A DNA stretch of 64,000 nucleotides, from contig CM035360.1 in NCBI GenBank assembly GCA_020137815.1, forward strand, positions 7,130,001 through 7,194,000. Reading direction: 5' to 3'. Positions 52,849 through 64,000 of this stretch are shown piece after piece (the stretch's first letter is position 1; each line of letters starts with the position of its first letter). This stretch comes from Hormiphora californensis. Lineage: Eukaryota; Animalia; Ctenophora. The notes beneath the pieces are model-generated. The model searched no databases. It had not been told where the DNA came from and was given only the letters and a program-made list of their open reading frames with translations. Position numbers and translations under genes: made by a program.

Positions 52849-53895
52849 ATGGATAAGTTATATGAAGACAGCAAGTTTGCCGGAGCATTTTCTGGCAAAG
52901 ATGCATTCCGTCGAGCTCTCACAACGGTTCAGCCCAAAAAAGAGATTGATAAAAAGTTTACCGCGATAGATTCATATACCCTTCACAAGCCCGTTAGAAA
53001 GCCCAAAAAATGGCGGCGAATTTTTACCAAGGGGATAGGATATTTGTATCAGATGGACTTGGTTGATATGCAAGCCTATTCCCGTCAAAACAAGGGGTGG
53101 AAATGGATTATAACTGTCATTGACACATTTAGCAAAAAGTTATGGTGTTTCAAACTGAAAAATAAGACGGCAGACAGTGTATACAAGGCTTTGAAACCAT
53201 TTTTAGAGAAAAACAGACCCCAAAAAATAGAAACTGACGCCGGAGGTGAATTCATAAACAAAAAATTTAAAAATCTTTTCGAAAAGTTGAAAATTGATAG
53301 ATACACAATTTCTTCCGACCGGAAGTGCGCCATTGTAGAGCGCGTTAACCGAACATTAAAATCGAGGATGTTTCGGTCATTTACCGCTCGAGGGAAGCAT
53401 CAGTGGTATGACATACTTGATGATCTTGTTTCCGGTTATAATGAAACATATCATAGAAGTATCAAGATGAAACCAAATGAAGTAACAAACAAAAATGAAT
53501 CTGTGGTAAGGAGCACCCTATTTCCGCCAGTTAAGCCCGCAAAACCGCCCAAGTTTCGTATTGGAGACACTGTCCGAATATCACGTCTTAAAGGAACATT
53601 TCAAAAGGGATATGAGCAGACCTTCTCTGCTGAAGTTTTTGTGATTGATCGTATTAAACCTACCAACCCAGTAACATATGGTATAAAAGACTATGGGGGT
53701 GATAATATAAAAGGATCATTCTATACCGAAGAACTCCAGTTAGTAGACAAGTCAGGGAACACGTGGTTAGTAGAAAAGGTGATAAGGACTAGAAAACGCG
53801 CGGGTAAAACGGAATATTTTGTAAAGTGGTACGGTTATAATAACGATTGGAATTCCTGGGTTGATAGTGCTCCGCTTTTGCACAATGCCGGTTAA
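52849..53895 (+). CDS. Retroviral-like (rve) integrase with C-terminal chromodomain
   Basis: QMDLVDM, IDTFSK, TDAGGEF, VERVNRTLK (DDE); YFVKWYGY..NSWV. Confidence 0.95.
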   Translation: MDKLYEDSKFAGAFSGKDAFRRALTTVQPKKEIDKKFTAIDSYTLHKPVRKPKKWRRIFTKGIGYLYQMDLVDMQAYSRQNKGWKWIITVIDTFSKKLWCFKLKNKTADSVYKALKPFLEKNRPQKIETDAGGEFINKKFKNLFEKLKIDRYTISSDRKCAIVERVNRTLKSRMFRSFTARGKHQWYDILDDLVSGYNETYHRSIKMKPNEVTNKNESVVRSTLFPPVKPAKPPKFRIGDTVRISRLKGTFQKGYEQTFSAEVFVIDRIKPTNPVTYGIKDYGGDNIKGSFYTEELQLVDKSGNTWLVEKVIRTRKRAGKTEYFVKWYGYNNDWNSWVDSAPLLHNAG

Positions 53896-54484
53896 ATTCC
53901 TGGCTAATCATAACTGTATAATATTCGGGCAAACTGGGGCAGGGAAAACACAGTTTATCCTTCGCGTGATTAGGGAGAGGCTTGTTGAACCGTTTCCGGA
54001 TAATGTTTACTACATGTACTCTGTTTGGCAGGATTTCATGTCACAATGCCCCCAGATTACATTTATCGAGGGTCTTAATTTTTCTAAATTAGACACTACA
54101 GAGCCCAGTCTTTTAGTTATAGATGACTTAGTGCTGGATGTGGATAAACAAGTTGCAGCTTCATTTATCATGGGCTCGCACCATCGTAAAATTAGCTTGT
54201 TTTTTATTACACAAAATCTATTTCCAAACTGTAATATTTTTCGTCTCATGTCTGCAAATTGTCATTATTATGTGTTATTTCAAAATCAGCGAAATTTTCG
54301 ACAAATTTCTACACTAGCTAGGCAGATATATGTTGGTAGAGATGTCCAACGAATTTTAGAAGCATATAAGCGTGCTAGTGAGACAGAGAGAGGCTTTGTG
54401 GTCTTATCATTTTCACCACTTTTACCTAACGAGTTGACTGTGATAACAGATTATTTTTACCCATGGATAAGCGTTTATCTGTAG
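53885..54484 (+). CDS. A32/FtsK-like genome packaging ATPase
   Basis: GQTGAGKT Walker A, LVIDD Walker B, SHH..ITQN; ATG at 53885. Confidence 0.92.
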   Translation: MPVKFLANHNCIIFGQTGAGKTQFILRVIRERLVEPFPDNVYYMYSVWQDFMSQCPQITFIEGLNFSKLDTTEPSLLVIDDLVLDVDKQVAASFIMGSHHRKISLFFITQNLFPNCNIFRLMSANCHYYVLFQNQRNFRQISTLARQIYVGRDVQRILEAYKRASETERGFVVLSFSPLLPNELTVITDYFYPWISVYL

Positions 54485-54714
54485 ATCGACACCGCTACAT
54501 ATTACACAAGTTTTCAACAGTAGGACCTGCTAAGCGGAAAGCAATGTTGCGATCAGCACCACCTGTATTTTTCAAAATCTTGAAACAGGTCGCACAACTG
54601 GCTATTTTAAGGAAAATAGAGATTCCTACGGCTCATAAAATTTTAAGTAGCAAGGCTATAAAAAGGTATGCAGCATCTAAGCAAGTCGTTACTTTGCTCA
54701 AAAAGGTATTATGA
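54463..54714 (+). CDS. Small basic Polinton protein
   Basis: 83-aa K/R-rich ATG ORF overlapping both neighbours. Confidence 0.6.
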   Translation: MDKRLSVDRHRYILHKFSTVGPAKRKAMLRSAPPVFFKILKQVAQLAILRKIEIPTAHKILSSKAIKRYAASKQVVTLLKKVL

Positions 54715-54995
54715 GCAGATTTGTCTTACTTCCGGTGAGTGGTGGTGAGAAAAAAGAGATTAATCTGCCAGAAAACCTGTACACACCCCCGTATATTGAT
54801 GAAGAACTTCTTGGGGCTATTTTTAAAGCCGATATAATCAACTTAAAGGGAAAGTTATGCTGTGATGGACTTCAATTAGACATTGATTTTGATGCATTTG
54901 TTAGAGACTGTCAGAGGGGTAAATTTATGAAGAAATATGAACCTATTTATGAAAAGTTACATTTAGTAGGGTACAACTTTGACAACTTGATTTAG
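54711..54995 (+). CDS. Small Polinton hypothetical protein
   Basis: 94-aa ORF with ATGA stop/start overlap. Confidence 0.6.
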   Translation: MSRFVLLPVSGGEKKEINLPENLYTPPYIDEELLGAIFKADIINLKGKLCCDGLQLDIDFDAFVRDCQRGKFMKKYEPIYEKLHLVGYNFDNLI

Positions 54996-55423
54996 AAAAC
55001 TGAATTAGTAATTTGTAAAACAGAATAGTATTCGTAATCTTTCAAAAAATCAGACACACTCAGTCCCAGACTCATAACAAGCAGAAAATGCATGCAATGC
55101 TGTCCACAAAGGACACTCTCAGGATTTTGAACTGCAACGTTGGCAAATTCATAAGACTTAAATGTTCCTAGAAATGTCCTATAGTCCTCCGGGAGAGTTT
55201 TATCATAAGGTGACCTACCAAAGGAGTCAAAAAATATAACATGGTTGTGTCGAACGAACCAGGCACACCAGTGTTTTCCTGGTTGCGTGTGACAGTCGGT
55301 GTTAGTTACAAAGGAATATATCCGTCTTTTGGATGGTCTCTGACATGCTGGGAATACACCAGTAAAATACTTTCTTGTGAAGGTATTATTAGATAGAGCA
55401 TGGTCTAATTCAATATTGTTCAT
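54992..55423 (-). CDS. Adenain-like cysteine protease
   Basis: NTD..PGKHW, FFDSFG, Q....CGQHC catalytic motifs. Confidence 0.93.
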   Translation of the reverse strand: MNNIELDHALSNNTFTRKYFTGVFPACQRPSKRRIYSFVTNTDCHTQPGKHWCAWFVRHNHVIFFDSFGRSPYDKTLPEDYRTFLGTFKSYEFANVAVQNPESVLCGQHCMHFLLVMSLGLSVSDFLKDYEYYSVLQITNSVF

Positions 55424-56844
55424 TCAACAATTTCAATTGAACGATCTCCGCTTATTTTGATCAAACGATCGTAAATGGCGTAGATTATGAGAACAAGATC
55501 CTCAGTATTAGCATGGAGATCGATTTCTAAGTTAGTTGATGCAAATCGCTGTGGGCTTAAGTACCCATGTACAGTCTCCCCATTTTGCTCTGGTTGCATG
55601 CAGATCCCAACCATAAAATTCTGATTAAAGTTACTCGAGTCTATGAGACATGCTCCGCGATCTTTCTTTCCAATACTCGAATAAAGCTGACTCAGAAAAG
55701 TTCCATCTTTATCATACACTAATTTGCCGTGACTTAGATACGGTACGGTGGATAGGGGAGTGGGGAAATAGGGTTTTCCATCAAGGTGTAATTGAAACCT
55801 AGTAAATGGAACAAATGCAAATGGATTGCCGCTAAAAGTTCCATCAAAATGTTTGCTGTACTGCAAACAGAAGAATGCATGATGAGGGATCCTATTGTTC
55901 AAAAATAAATTGTTCAGACGTATGAACTTCTCCTGTCCTACGGGCTTAACAATCAACTCGGGTTTTGTTACATAGTAAGGAGCAGCCTCCTTAGCTAATC
56001 GTTCTTCGAGCAGGTTCAAAAATACTTGGGATGGTCGGATATACGTAGCCGAGAGATATACTGATTTAACATCAAGGCTATAATCTTCTGCAGTGTTTGC
56101 CATTATGAGAAACTTATCAAGATTCTTTGTGAGGGTAAGCCGTATGTTCATATTGGGAGGGAGAGCTTTATGAGAATTAAAGAGGGGACAGTGAAGCTTT
56201 GTTCTTACTACGCGACCATCTAGCACAGCCCTCCTTCTTCGGATGCCTGCCCTATTCGAAATGTATCGAGCGATCTTTGCTTTCTGTTTTGTTTCTCCCT
56301 CACCGGTTGCTCCTTGATCAACATACGTCTCGATGTCATCATAATTATAATCGTAACTTTCATCTATTCCAGCGAGTGATGTATCATCTGCATCTTCTTT
56401 TGTAATGCCGGTATCCATGATAAACATTTGGTCTTTTCTCAAGATATCTAATCTATTCGGGTCCACGTTGAGCATAGTGTCAAAGTAGCTCGTATATGCG
56501 TAGCTGTTTCGCATGCTCTGCATAATGTCAACTCTATCGGAAATTTTGATATTTACTAATCCCCAGATCGCATTGGCTGTGTTATTAATTAGTGTAACCT
56601 GATCGGTGATGGGTACGGCTGCACCAGCCTTTTTCAAATTCAGCTCAGTTATAATATCAATATTTCTCAACATGCCCTGCTGCTGGGGTGCAAGGACAAA
56701 CGACACTGGAGCATCTTTTGAAACAGACTCTCTAGGGTAGACTTTTAGTTCATAAGTATCGTCTATTGAAACATTAGTTGAGGGTTTTTGCCAAAGAAGT
56801 AGTTCAGTAGAAACAGCCTCGGTAGTACCAGAGTAAACCTTCAT
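55420..56844 (-). CDS. Major capsid protein (double jelly-roll, inferred)
   Basis: 474-aa beta-rich ORF next to the protease; LINN..AIW, YAY.SY, LH.PLF...LPP..IRL.L, NPF.F motifs typical of Polinton MCP. Confidence 0.85.
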   Translation of the reverse strand: MKVYSGTTEAVSTELLLWQKPSTNVSIDDTYELKVYPRESVSKDAPVSFVLAPQQQGMLRNIDIITELNLKKAGAAVPITDQVTLINNTANAIWGLVNIKISDRVDIMQSMRNSYAYTSYFDTMLNVDPNRLDILRKDQMFIMDTGITKEDADDTSLAGIDESYDYNYDDIETYVDQGATGEGETKQKAKIARYISNRAGIRRRRAVLDGRVVRTKLHCPLFNSHKALPPNMNIRLTLTKNLDKFLIMANTAEDYSLDVKSVYLSATYIRPSQVFLNLLEERLAKEAAPYYVTKPELIVKPVGQEKFIRLNNLFLNNRIPHHAFFCLQYSKHFDGTFSGNPFAFVPFTRFQLHLDGKPYFPTPLSTVPYLSHGKLVYDKDGTFLSQLYSSIGKKDRGACLIDSSNFNQNFMVGICMQPEQNGETVHGYLSPQRFASTNLEIDLHANTEDLVLIIYAIYDRLIKISGDRSIEIVE

Positions 56845-57119
56845 ATTCTAGGACGGTACGGCGTAAGTCGCTTCTTCTTGAATCGTTTTTTTGACGCACG
56901 GTTAATGTGAGATACAGCCTTGGAACTCAACCCTTTTATAGCTTCCGCGGCTAGAGGAGCTACGATTGGCAGCGCTCCTCGCAGAAGTGATGCAAAAAAG
57001 GAGCCAACCCCCTCGCCGTTTTGATCATAAATGTAATACCCTTCTTTGTCCAACCCTCCCCCATGCTGCATCATCATTTGACGGTAGCGAGACACTTGAG
57101 AAAACGATAGATCTTCCAT
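56841..57119 (-). CDS. Small core/pVII-like protein with QxGxG motifs and basic tail
   Basis: QHGGG, QNGEG, GSFFASLLR..LP, KKRFKKKR. Confidence 0.7.
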   Translation of the reverse strand: MEDLSFSQVSRYRQMMMQHGGGLDKEGYYIYDQNGEGVGSFFASLLRGALPIVAPLAAEAIKGLSSKAVSHINRASKKRFKKKRLTPYRPRI

Positions 57120-57150
57120 TTTTTGAAATAATGTTGCATTACATCCCTAT

Positions 57151-57834
57151 TTATAGATCTCGGACATGCAAATTAACCATAGAATCAAATTTTGAAGAAA
57201 ACGGTAAGAGCTCTCCCTTGATATTTCTCAAGACTATTTCAACTTTTGAAAACTCGTTAACTTCAATTGGTATATATGATGGAGTGCTAAACTCATAAAA
57301 AACATAACCTTGATCGTGATGGGTTACAGGCACTACAGCTAAAATTCTAGATCTTTTTCCATTAATATAACTGCCAACAACAATGTTACAATATACAAAA
57401 CATAATTCAGTGTTTATCTGATCATATTGTCTTGATTTTGTAATAGTTTCATTTTCTATCAACCATGTTCGCTCATCATCTTGGGAGGTTTTTAAAAATG
57501 ATGGAAGTGAAATAATGCTAAGTGACTTGCTGCAGATAAAACGGATCATACTGTCTATTTCATGCACTAAAACAACATCTTCGTCAACAGTAGAGTTTAT
57601 CTGATTTGCAATAGTTACCGCAACATCATAGCTGGTCCCATACCTCTTTGATTCTATCGGTAAACAATAGTTCTCAGATTTGTACTGAAATCTGGTGTAG
57701 AACGATGACAAATCACCATATGCAATTGATTTTAGTGCGATGACAGGCTGCTTCATTTCCACCGGATCGAGAGTCGTTTTCAAAATGGCCGGGTTCGCAT
57801 TTCTTCCTCCAATTATTAAAATATTTGACGCCAT
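57151..57834 (-). CDS. Minor capsid (penton-like) protein, inferred
   Basis: 227-aa beta-rich ORF; FVYCNIV..S.ING..ILAVVP..Y.P..F..VEI.L....GE C-terminal pattern. Confidence 0.8.
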   Translation of the reverse strand: MASNILIIGGRNANPAILKTTLDPVEMKQPVIALKSIAYGDLSSFYTRFQYKSENYCLPIESKRYGTSYDVAVTIANQINSTVDEDVVLVHEIDSMIRFICSKSLSIISLPSFLKTSQDDERTWLIENETITKSRQYDQINTELCFVYCNIVVGSYINGKRSRILAVVPVTHHDQGYVFYEFSTPSYIPIEVNEFSKVEIVLRNIKGELLPFSSKFDSMVNLHVRDL

Positions 57835-58025
57835 TTTCTAGTTATCAGATTAACGGTTGCCTTTTATAATAGGACGGGGATCGAGGAGGTGTTTTTTACA
57901 TCTGATAATATAGTACACTGACTGCAAAGGAACCGGGGCTTTGTATCACCTCGAGAGAAGTAGTTGAACAAATTAACACAAGACATTTCTAAACGGTAGT
58001 TTCTCTGTTAATTCGGTTATATACA

Positions 58026-58493
58026 TCAAAGATTTTGTAAAAAATCAGATTTGTTCATCTTAAGACCAATAATAAAACTGATTATTACGGCAAATACTGG
58101 GAGAGACATCAGAGCATACAGAGAGCCGTTATTCTTCTTCTTCTTAGTAGTCTGTACTTCTGTAGTCACTCCACCAGCAAATTGTGAAATAGGACATAGA
58201 AAGTTCAGCTTGTTCAAGTTTAGAGAAACAGAACCCTCTCCTTTAACAAAGATCATCTTATCTCCATCGATCAGTAATTCAGGCCACTGGAATGTAGAGA
58301 AGTTTTGGGCATCTATCATGTACACATTCCAATTGGTGCTGTTGTTCATCTGTAGGACATTAACGCTGGAACCGTTTTTAGAAAGGACAACATTTCCCTC
58401 GCCGGTTAGACTAAGCAGATGAGGACAGTTGGTGTGTTCAAATGTGACAAGAAACGAACTAGCAATAGCAAATGAAATGATCTGACCAAACAT
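58026..58493 (-). CDS. Polinton small type-I membrane protein (unknown)
   Basis: Hydrophobic N-terminus, N-x-S/T sequons, TM segment LYALMSLPVFAVIISFIIGL, short tail; ATG at 58493. Confidence 0.6.
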   Translation of the reverse strand: MFGQIISFAIASSFLVTFEHTNCPHLLSLTGEGNVVLSKNGSSVNVLQMNNSTNWNVYMIDAQNFSTFQWPELLIDGDKMIFVKGEGSVSLNLNKLNFLCPISQFAGGVTTEVQTTKKKKNNGSLYALMSLPVFAVIISFIIGLKMNKSDFLQNL

Positions 58494-58645
58494 GTTTCTC
58501 AAGTTCTCTCACACTCCAGCATATATACACTACTTTTAGGAAGAAGAAAAAATTATTTTACGAAAATTATTTATTTTCAGCATTTACCACTATTTATAGG
58601 AATAACTCTCACTCCAACTCCCGCTCTAACTTGCTTTGTTTCGAT

Positions 58646-59047
58646 ATGGTTGATCAGCAGCACTTTCCAAATCTCGATGAATCTGATCCCGATGAGGACA
58701 TCTGGGACTTTCCAATCAAGGATCAACGACATATACCACGGCTATTGAGACGAGTTGCGAACAAATACGTCTATCTGGACAGGCCCCTTACCTTCAAAAT
58801 CGGATACTTCTTCTGGGATCAAGATGGTATTGGTCGGCACACGTACGATAAATGGTTCAGTATTGCTGACCTTGATACTCCCCTACCATCACGAATCGCT
58901 ACAAGCACAGGGCATACAATTGTCCAAATAAGTGACATTAGCATAAAGGTGGACACGAGGCCCGACTACTCTCTGCCCGTATATGGATTGGACTACAGAG
59001 TGGATGATCCGGGATTAGTAGAGTGTGACTGTGGAAGATGTCCTTAA
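58646..59047 (+). CDS. Polinton hypothetical protein ending inside the right TIR
   Basis: ATG ORF of 133 aa with acidic N-terminus and C-terminal CDCGRC. Confidence 0.55.
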   Translation: MVDQQHFPNLDESDPDEDIWDFPIKDQRHIPRLLRRVANKYVYLDRPLTFKIGYFFWDQDGIGRHTYDKWFSIADLDTPLPSRIATSTGHTIVQISDISIKVDTRPDYSLPVYGLDYRVDDPGLVECDCGRCP

Positions 59048-59765
59048 TTAATTCATTATTTTTATACATTTTAAAGTTACTTGTTCACTTGCCTCCTCTC
59101 TCTCCCGTCGTTCTCTTCTTTGAAGCGGCTACTAGATCCCCTCTGTCACGAGGTTATCCACATGGGATATATGGTGCCGCCTCTCGAGCCATCATAACGC
59201 CAGAGCTTTCAAATGTATTCGAGATGCTGTGTTATGACTAGAAAGCTCTCGACTCTTCCTGATATACACCCTGCATTATTCCGTGTACTCAGGTATGGCC
59301 TGAACTAGATGCAGATGCCGTCTTCATACATGTATCTGAGCTTTCAAATAGGTTTCCACTTTCGAGATCCTTGTGGCAGTGGATCTTGAATTATATTTCT
59401 CTCTGCCACAGGGGTGTGAGACCGGAAGCAGTATACATGTTCTCCCTTATGGCACGAGATCAATCGGATTGAGGGCGTGTGTGTTGAGAGCGGAAGCAGT
59501 ATACATGTTCTCCCCTATGGCACGAGTTATCCATCTTGGATTGAGGGCGTGTGTTGAGGTCGGAAGCGATCCCTTATGGCACGAGCTGGAAGGGGGAGTG
59601 TTGAGGGCGGAAACGATCCCCCCTGATCATTGTCCTGTAAATTAGGTTTCATTTTTGACCATCAGATAGAAAAACCAGAAACAAAAACCCCGCTGACAGA
59701 AAAAAAAAAATGAAAAAAGCCGGGAACGAAACGCCCCGAACAAAGACTCCCCAGGAAACACTACT
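59017..59765 (-). repeat. Polinton right TIR (outer about 120 bp degraded)
   Basis: Reverse complement of the left TIR with scattered 1-nt deletions; ends actcccca...acactact. Confidence 0.88.
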
Positions 59766-60129
59766 CCTCGTCGACCTCGCGCTCCCTCGCGCGCGCTCTC
59801 CCCGACCCCCACTCCCCTCGCATCACCCTCTGCGCTACCCCCCGCCGCTCACCACCCCCCCACACAGCGACCCGCATAACTCCTCCCTCATCACTCACCT
59901 CCCCCGACTCCACACGATCACCCCCCTACCCCCACCCCCGCTACCCCCCCCTCCCCGAGCCTCCCACCTCCCCACCCTCCCCCACTGCTCGCCTGCCCCG
60001 CACATCCTCTCCCCACCCCCCACCCGCCCCATCCCGTCCCTCCCCACTCTATCTCTCTCTCTATGTCTCTATCGCTCTCTCTAACATCTATCTCTCTCTC
60101 TACCTATCTCTCTCTCTTTCTCTTCATCG

Positions 60130-63100
60130 ACCCTCTCCACGCCAAGAGTTGTACATTCAGACCATTATAAGCTATACTGACTCGCTGATGTAGAATTTAA
60201 TCATGATACATTACTGGTTGCCAGCGAAGGGCAGAGTGTCTTCTCATTTTGGAGAAGAGTATGTCTCCAAATCTACAAAGGATGAATGTGTATGTGTTGT
60301 GTGTGCGTGTGTTACACATGCAATATATTTCCTCATATAATATTTGAATTCTTTCCAAAAATTGTGTCTGAGTAACAGTTTTTATGCTACAAACTGTTGT
60401 AGAGTGTATATAACTGCAACATATGATGCATTGAATGGAGTCACTGTCTGCCATCAGTGTGTAATGTACACACAATCTCTTTTGTTTTCTCCTACCTCTC
60501 TCCCTCTATATAATATCATGCGTCATGGTCTTTCTCACTTGGTTAGCACATTTTCTATCGGACGAGGCTGTAGTAGAGGACCAATTTCGGGCAGGATTTT
60601 GTTGGGATTTTACAAATATGCTCATGGAGCCATGACCTACTCATCCCACTGTTTCAGCCTATTACTAACACCCTCTCACTGTTTCAGCCTAAACCCCTCA
60701 ATCTTTCAGTGGGTATTCCCCGGTGGGTTGTGGTGTTGTTGTTGTTGCTGTGCTCCACGCTGCATCCCACCACCTGGATGGTGTGGCGGGAAAGGCCGCA
60801 GAACAGGTAACAAGGGCCAGGGAGAATAGGATGGGAGAGTGGGTGACTGGGTAACATGGGAGGAGAATAGGTGTGGATATGAGAGATACCCATGTTCCCC
60901 GTCCACCCCATCTCCTTTCCTAGTTCTAGTATGACCTGGTGCTTATGACATGTGAACGTGTTGAGAGAGCCCGGTTAGACCTGTGGAATGCATGATGACA
61001 GAGAGAGCTGTGAGATCGGCAGGTTTTACTAGTAGAGTTTAGTTTAGTTTTTGAGGAAAGTTATTCAGATCTATGAATCTGAATAGGCCGCCATCTTGAC
61101 TTGAAAGGTGTTAACAGTTCTAGTCCGGAGAGCGTGTCGCAAACTTGGTAGCACCCCTATTGTTTCTGGTACAGAAGTCACGTGACTGTTTTGTTGACGG
61201 GATATTTAGCAGAGGTGAAGAGAGGACTGAGGAGAGATTCTTCTCTCTCCCACACGAACATCGTGTGGAGTTCTCGTCTGTGTGATCGACCGTCCCTGAG
61301 TTTGTATGATCGTGTTTATGAATCTATGTGATGCGTGAATGGTAAATGATGAACTTGTGTGCGAGATCTCCCGAAACAGTTGCAAACTTGGTGAACTACT
61401 GTGTTTTGAGATTCCTGGGTGGCGAACCCGCCATCTGAACAAGCCTAACAACACCCACCCACATATGAACGCCTAACATCCCCCCCATGCGTTCATAGGA
61501 TGTTGTTGTAGGATGGGATATTTTGGGGTTACTGGTGGATTATAGTCCTGATTCACAACTACGCGAAATCAGCTCATTAATAGGGATGATATTAGAACAA
61601 CTCTAAGTCGTCACTCTAAGGAAAACTCGCTGGCGCTATAACATTTGATCCCGCTTTTATTAAACTTATCTTTAAATTTCTCAAAAATGTTCCTTGTATA
61701 AATAGTTCTTGTAGTCGCCCACAATTCCTTACGAATGAACTTATCCTTCGTTTGCCCCCAATCGTTCCACTGGTGTTAGCAGTAGGGTCCTCTTCATCTT
61801 TTCTGAAGGTGGTCAGTTCAGCAATCCTAATTGCATTCTCAGATGATACAGGGTGTCCCAGAAAGTGGATATTTTCTGAACAGTCCCGCCTCATCAGCCT
61901 TCATATCCTCATATCTGGGGGGGGGGGGGGGGTTGCGGTCGAGGGAGGGAAATAAAACGATTGTTACATGTTCATCGAAGGACATGTCACAAATCAGCTT
62001 AACTAATGTGTCACATGTTCAGTTTGTGTCGCATACAGTTGTGACAATGATCTTATTAGCAAGTGTGTTTGTTATGTTTGCACTTCACTCTTCTTCCACC
62101 ACTAGTACTACTGGTTAAACAATGCCCACAACCACGTGCCATGTCTCACTCACAGTGCCATGTCTCACAACACTGTGCCATGTGTCTCACTCACAGTGCC
62201 ATGTCTCACAATACAAAGAAAGTATTAACAATACATGCCTTGCTTGACCCTGTTTCACCGCACTTGTAAAGGAGGGTTAGAACATACCTTAGAAAGAGTG
62301 TGTATCAGGGTATGCCTCAGCCTCCTCTCTCCTGGGCCACGTGCTCAAACCAGCTTCCATACAAACACCGACCCTCCAGATACAGATCAACCCATCTGTC
62401 CCATGTCAAATCTGTAATAAAGGAACATGTGTCATATAAGGAACGTACAGTATGTGTTAGAGAGGTCTGTCAAGCAAGGGTATGACGTCATTTATGACGT
62501 CAGTTGTGACGTCATATAAATAATACATCAAGCCGTGACGTTATACACGTCTAGGATGGAAGTCCCACTTCTATCTCAACAAGTACACCCGCGTGACACG
62601 TGCTCTCTATCTCTCTCACGGTTCACTGTTACTCCATGTCCCTTATCTTGGTTCCTTGTACAAGAAGGCCCAACCAGAGAGGGTAATATGATAAAGCAAA
62701 CCGGTTATTCTGTTCATACCCCACCGCTCCGGTTTAAGTGCGCTCCCTCCCCTCAATATACCCCAATTTCCCAACCACTCCTTAAATTATATACCCCACA
62801 CCGTCTCTATCACCTAATCATCACCTAATCATCATGCTAATAAAACCTTACTTCAGCACCAAAGGTCACATAACCACGGATTATTTCGAAGTTCGCCACA
62901 GCATTTCGAAGAGGGTTCCGGGCTATGTAGATACTTTTACAGTCAGGGGGTAGTTTCGAGTACGGGACACTGAAATGAAACATTATTAATTTTGCACATT
63001 ATTACGTCATTCTCTCTCCTACTCTCTCTACTTATTATGACGTCATTTTCTCTCCTACTTACTGTGTTTGAATCTCTGGGGAGGGTAGTTCCTCCAGTGT

Positions 63101-64000
63101 TCGTTAGAGTGGCCCTCAAGCCACTTGGCCAGATCAGAAGGTGCTATCTCTGGCGCCATGCCAAGGATGAACTTTATCATGTTCTGGCTCCAATTGGAAC
63201 CTGCCAGATGATGAAACGTGATGTTACAGACCCGGTCAGATTAGCAGCAGGAGTGTATATATGTTGTACAGTCGAGCCCCGATTTACCGGGATGATTGGG
63301 TTGCCGATAAATAGAGGGTCCGATAAATAGGGGGTCCGATAAATAGGGGGGTTCCGATAAATAGGGGTCCGACTGCATACCTGATCGCAAGTGCAGCAAA
63401 TATAAAGATCAGTGTCCCTGCTCTTGAACTGTTCCATCTCGTCCATCCTGTCTGCCCATGTTCCACCGTGGTAGTTATGGAAGGGGTGGACATAACACCA
63501 TTCTTATCGAAAACAGGGTGGAAGGTGGTACTGTAGTTGAAAGGGTTTTTAGTATAATGCTCAGACCAGTCCGGACACGGCTGGATCATGATATGAATCC
63601 ATCTCTGTATAGATTATACTTGACTTACTTACTTGACTTAAGGGAGTGGTATTCTCGAACGCTGTAGGTCAGTTTTCGCCAAGGTCTCGGCCAGCCATCA
63701 TTGAAGATATCTCTGCTAAGCTCTTCACTCCAGTATCTCTTCGTATGGTGTCCACGAATGTAAGGTTTGGTCTCCCTCTTTTCGTTTTACCGTGGGAGGG
63801 TTCCCATAACAATACTGAGTGAAGTGTAGCTCAGGGTGTCTAAACGCGTGGCCAGCATGTCTAGGCGTCTCTCTGCTATTTGGTGCTGAGAATCGGTAGG
63901 TCACCATACAGCTCGCAGTTGGTCATCCTCAGGAGATACTGGTTTTTATTCAGTGCCATCCTGAGCATTCGAGTGTAGGTGCCGTTTTAGACTACGCTCT
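60130..64000 (-). repeat. Indel-rich inverted copy of 30417-34270 (LINE 3' end, SULT gene, EPT1 exon 4)
   Basis: 64000 maps to 30417 and about 60133 to 34270; differences are mostly 1-nt indels. Confidence 0.93.
61616..63589 (-). pseudogene. Frameshifted copy of the sulfotransferase (probably sequencing error in a redundant contig)
   Basis: Same exons as 30833-32789 with many frameshifts. Confidence 0.6.

Noticed and set aside
59766-60050. Pro-rich ORF and C-rich tract
   Set aside because: Low-quality rendering of a (CT)n region; it also hides the Polinton TSD
61616-63589. Second, independent sulfotransferase paralog
   Set aside because: Introns, flanks and the LINE end are duplicated too, with error-like indels; a redundant contig is the simpler explanation

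Overview
Eukaryotic (animal-type) genomic DNA with short GT-AG introns and dense repeats, split by a 100-N scaffold gap at 35143-35242. Host genes: an ARS2/SERRATE homolog (+), a compact XPD-family Fe-S DEAH helicase (RTEL1/FANCJ-like, -), an intronless SLC22-type transporter (-), a small signal peptide-EGF-TM gene (-), a cytosolic sulfotransferase (+) and a SELENOI/EPT1-like CDP-alcohol phosphotransferase. Mobile DNA includes an RTE-type LINE with an intact ORF, truncated LINEs, a tRNA-derived SINE, Helitron- and Helentron-like non-autonomous elements and several MITEs/foldbacks. The main feature is a ~17.3 kb Polinton/Maverick (42472-59765, ~830 bp TIRs, AGTAGT termini) with pPolB, integrase, packaging ATPase, adenain protease and major/minor capsid genes, inserted in an EPT1 intron. 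Its polymerase and four other genes in the left half are split by about 16 short spliceosomal introns, while the integrase/virion block is intronless and overlapping. The last ~3.9 kb is an indel-rich inverted copy of 30417-34270, most likely an assembly overlap. All gene models were spliced and translated by hand; no database searches were run.
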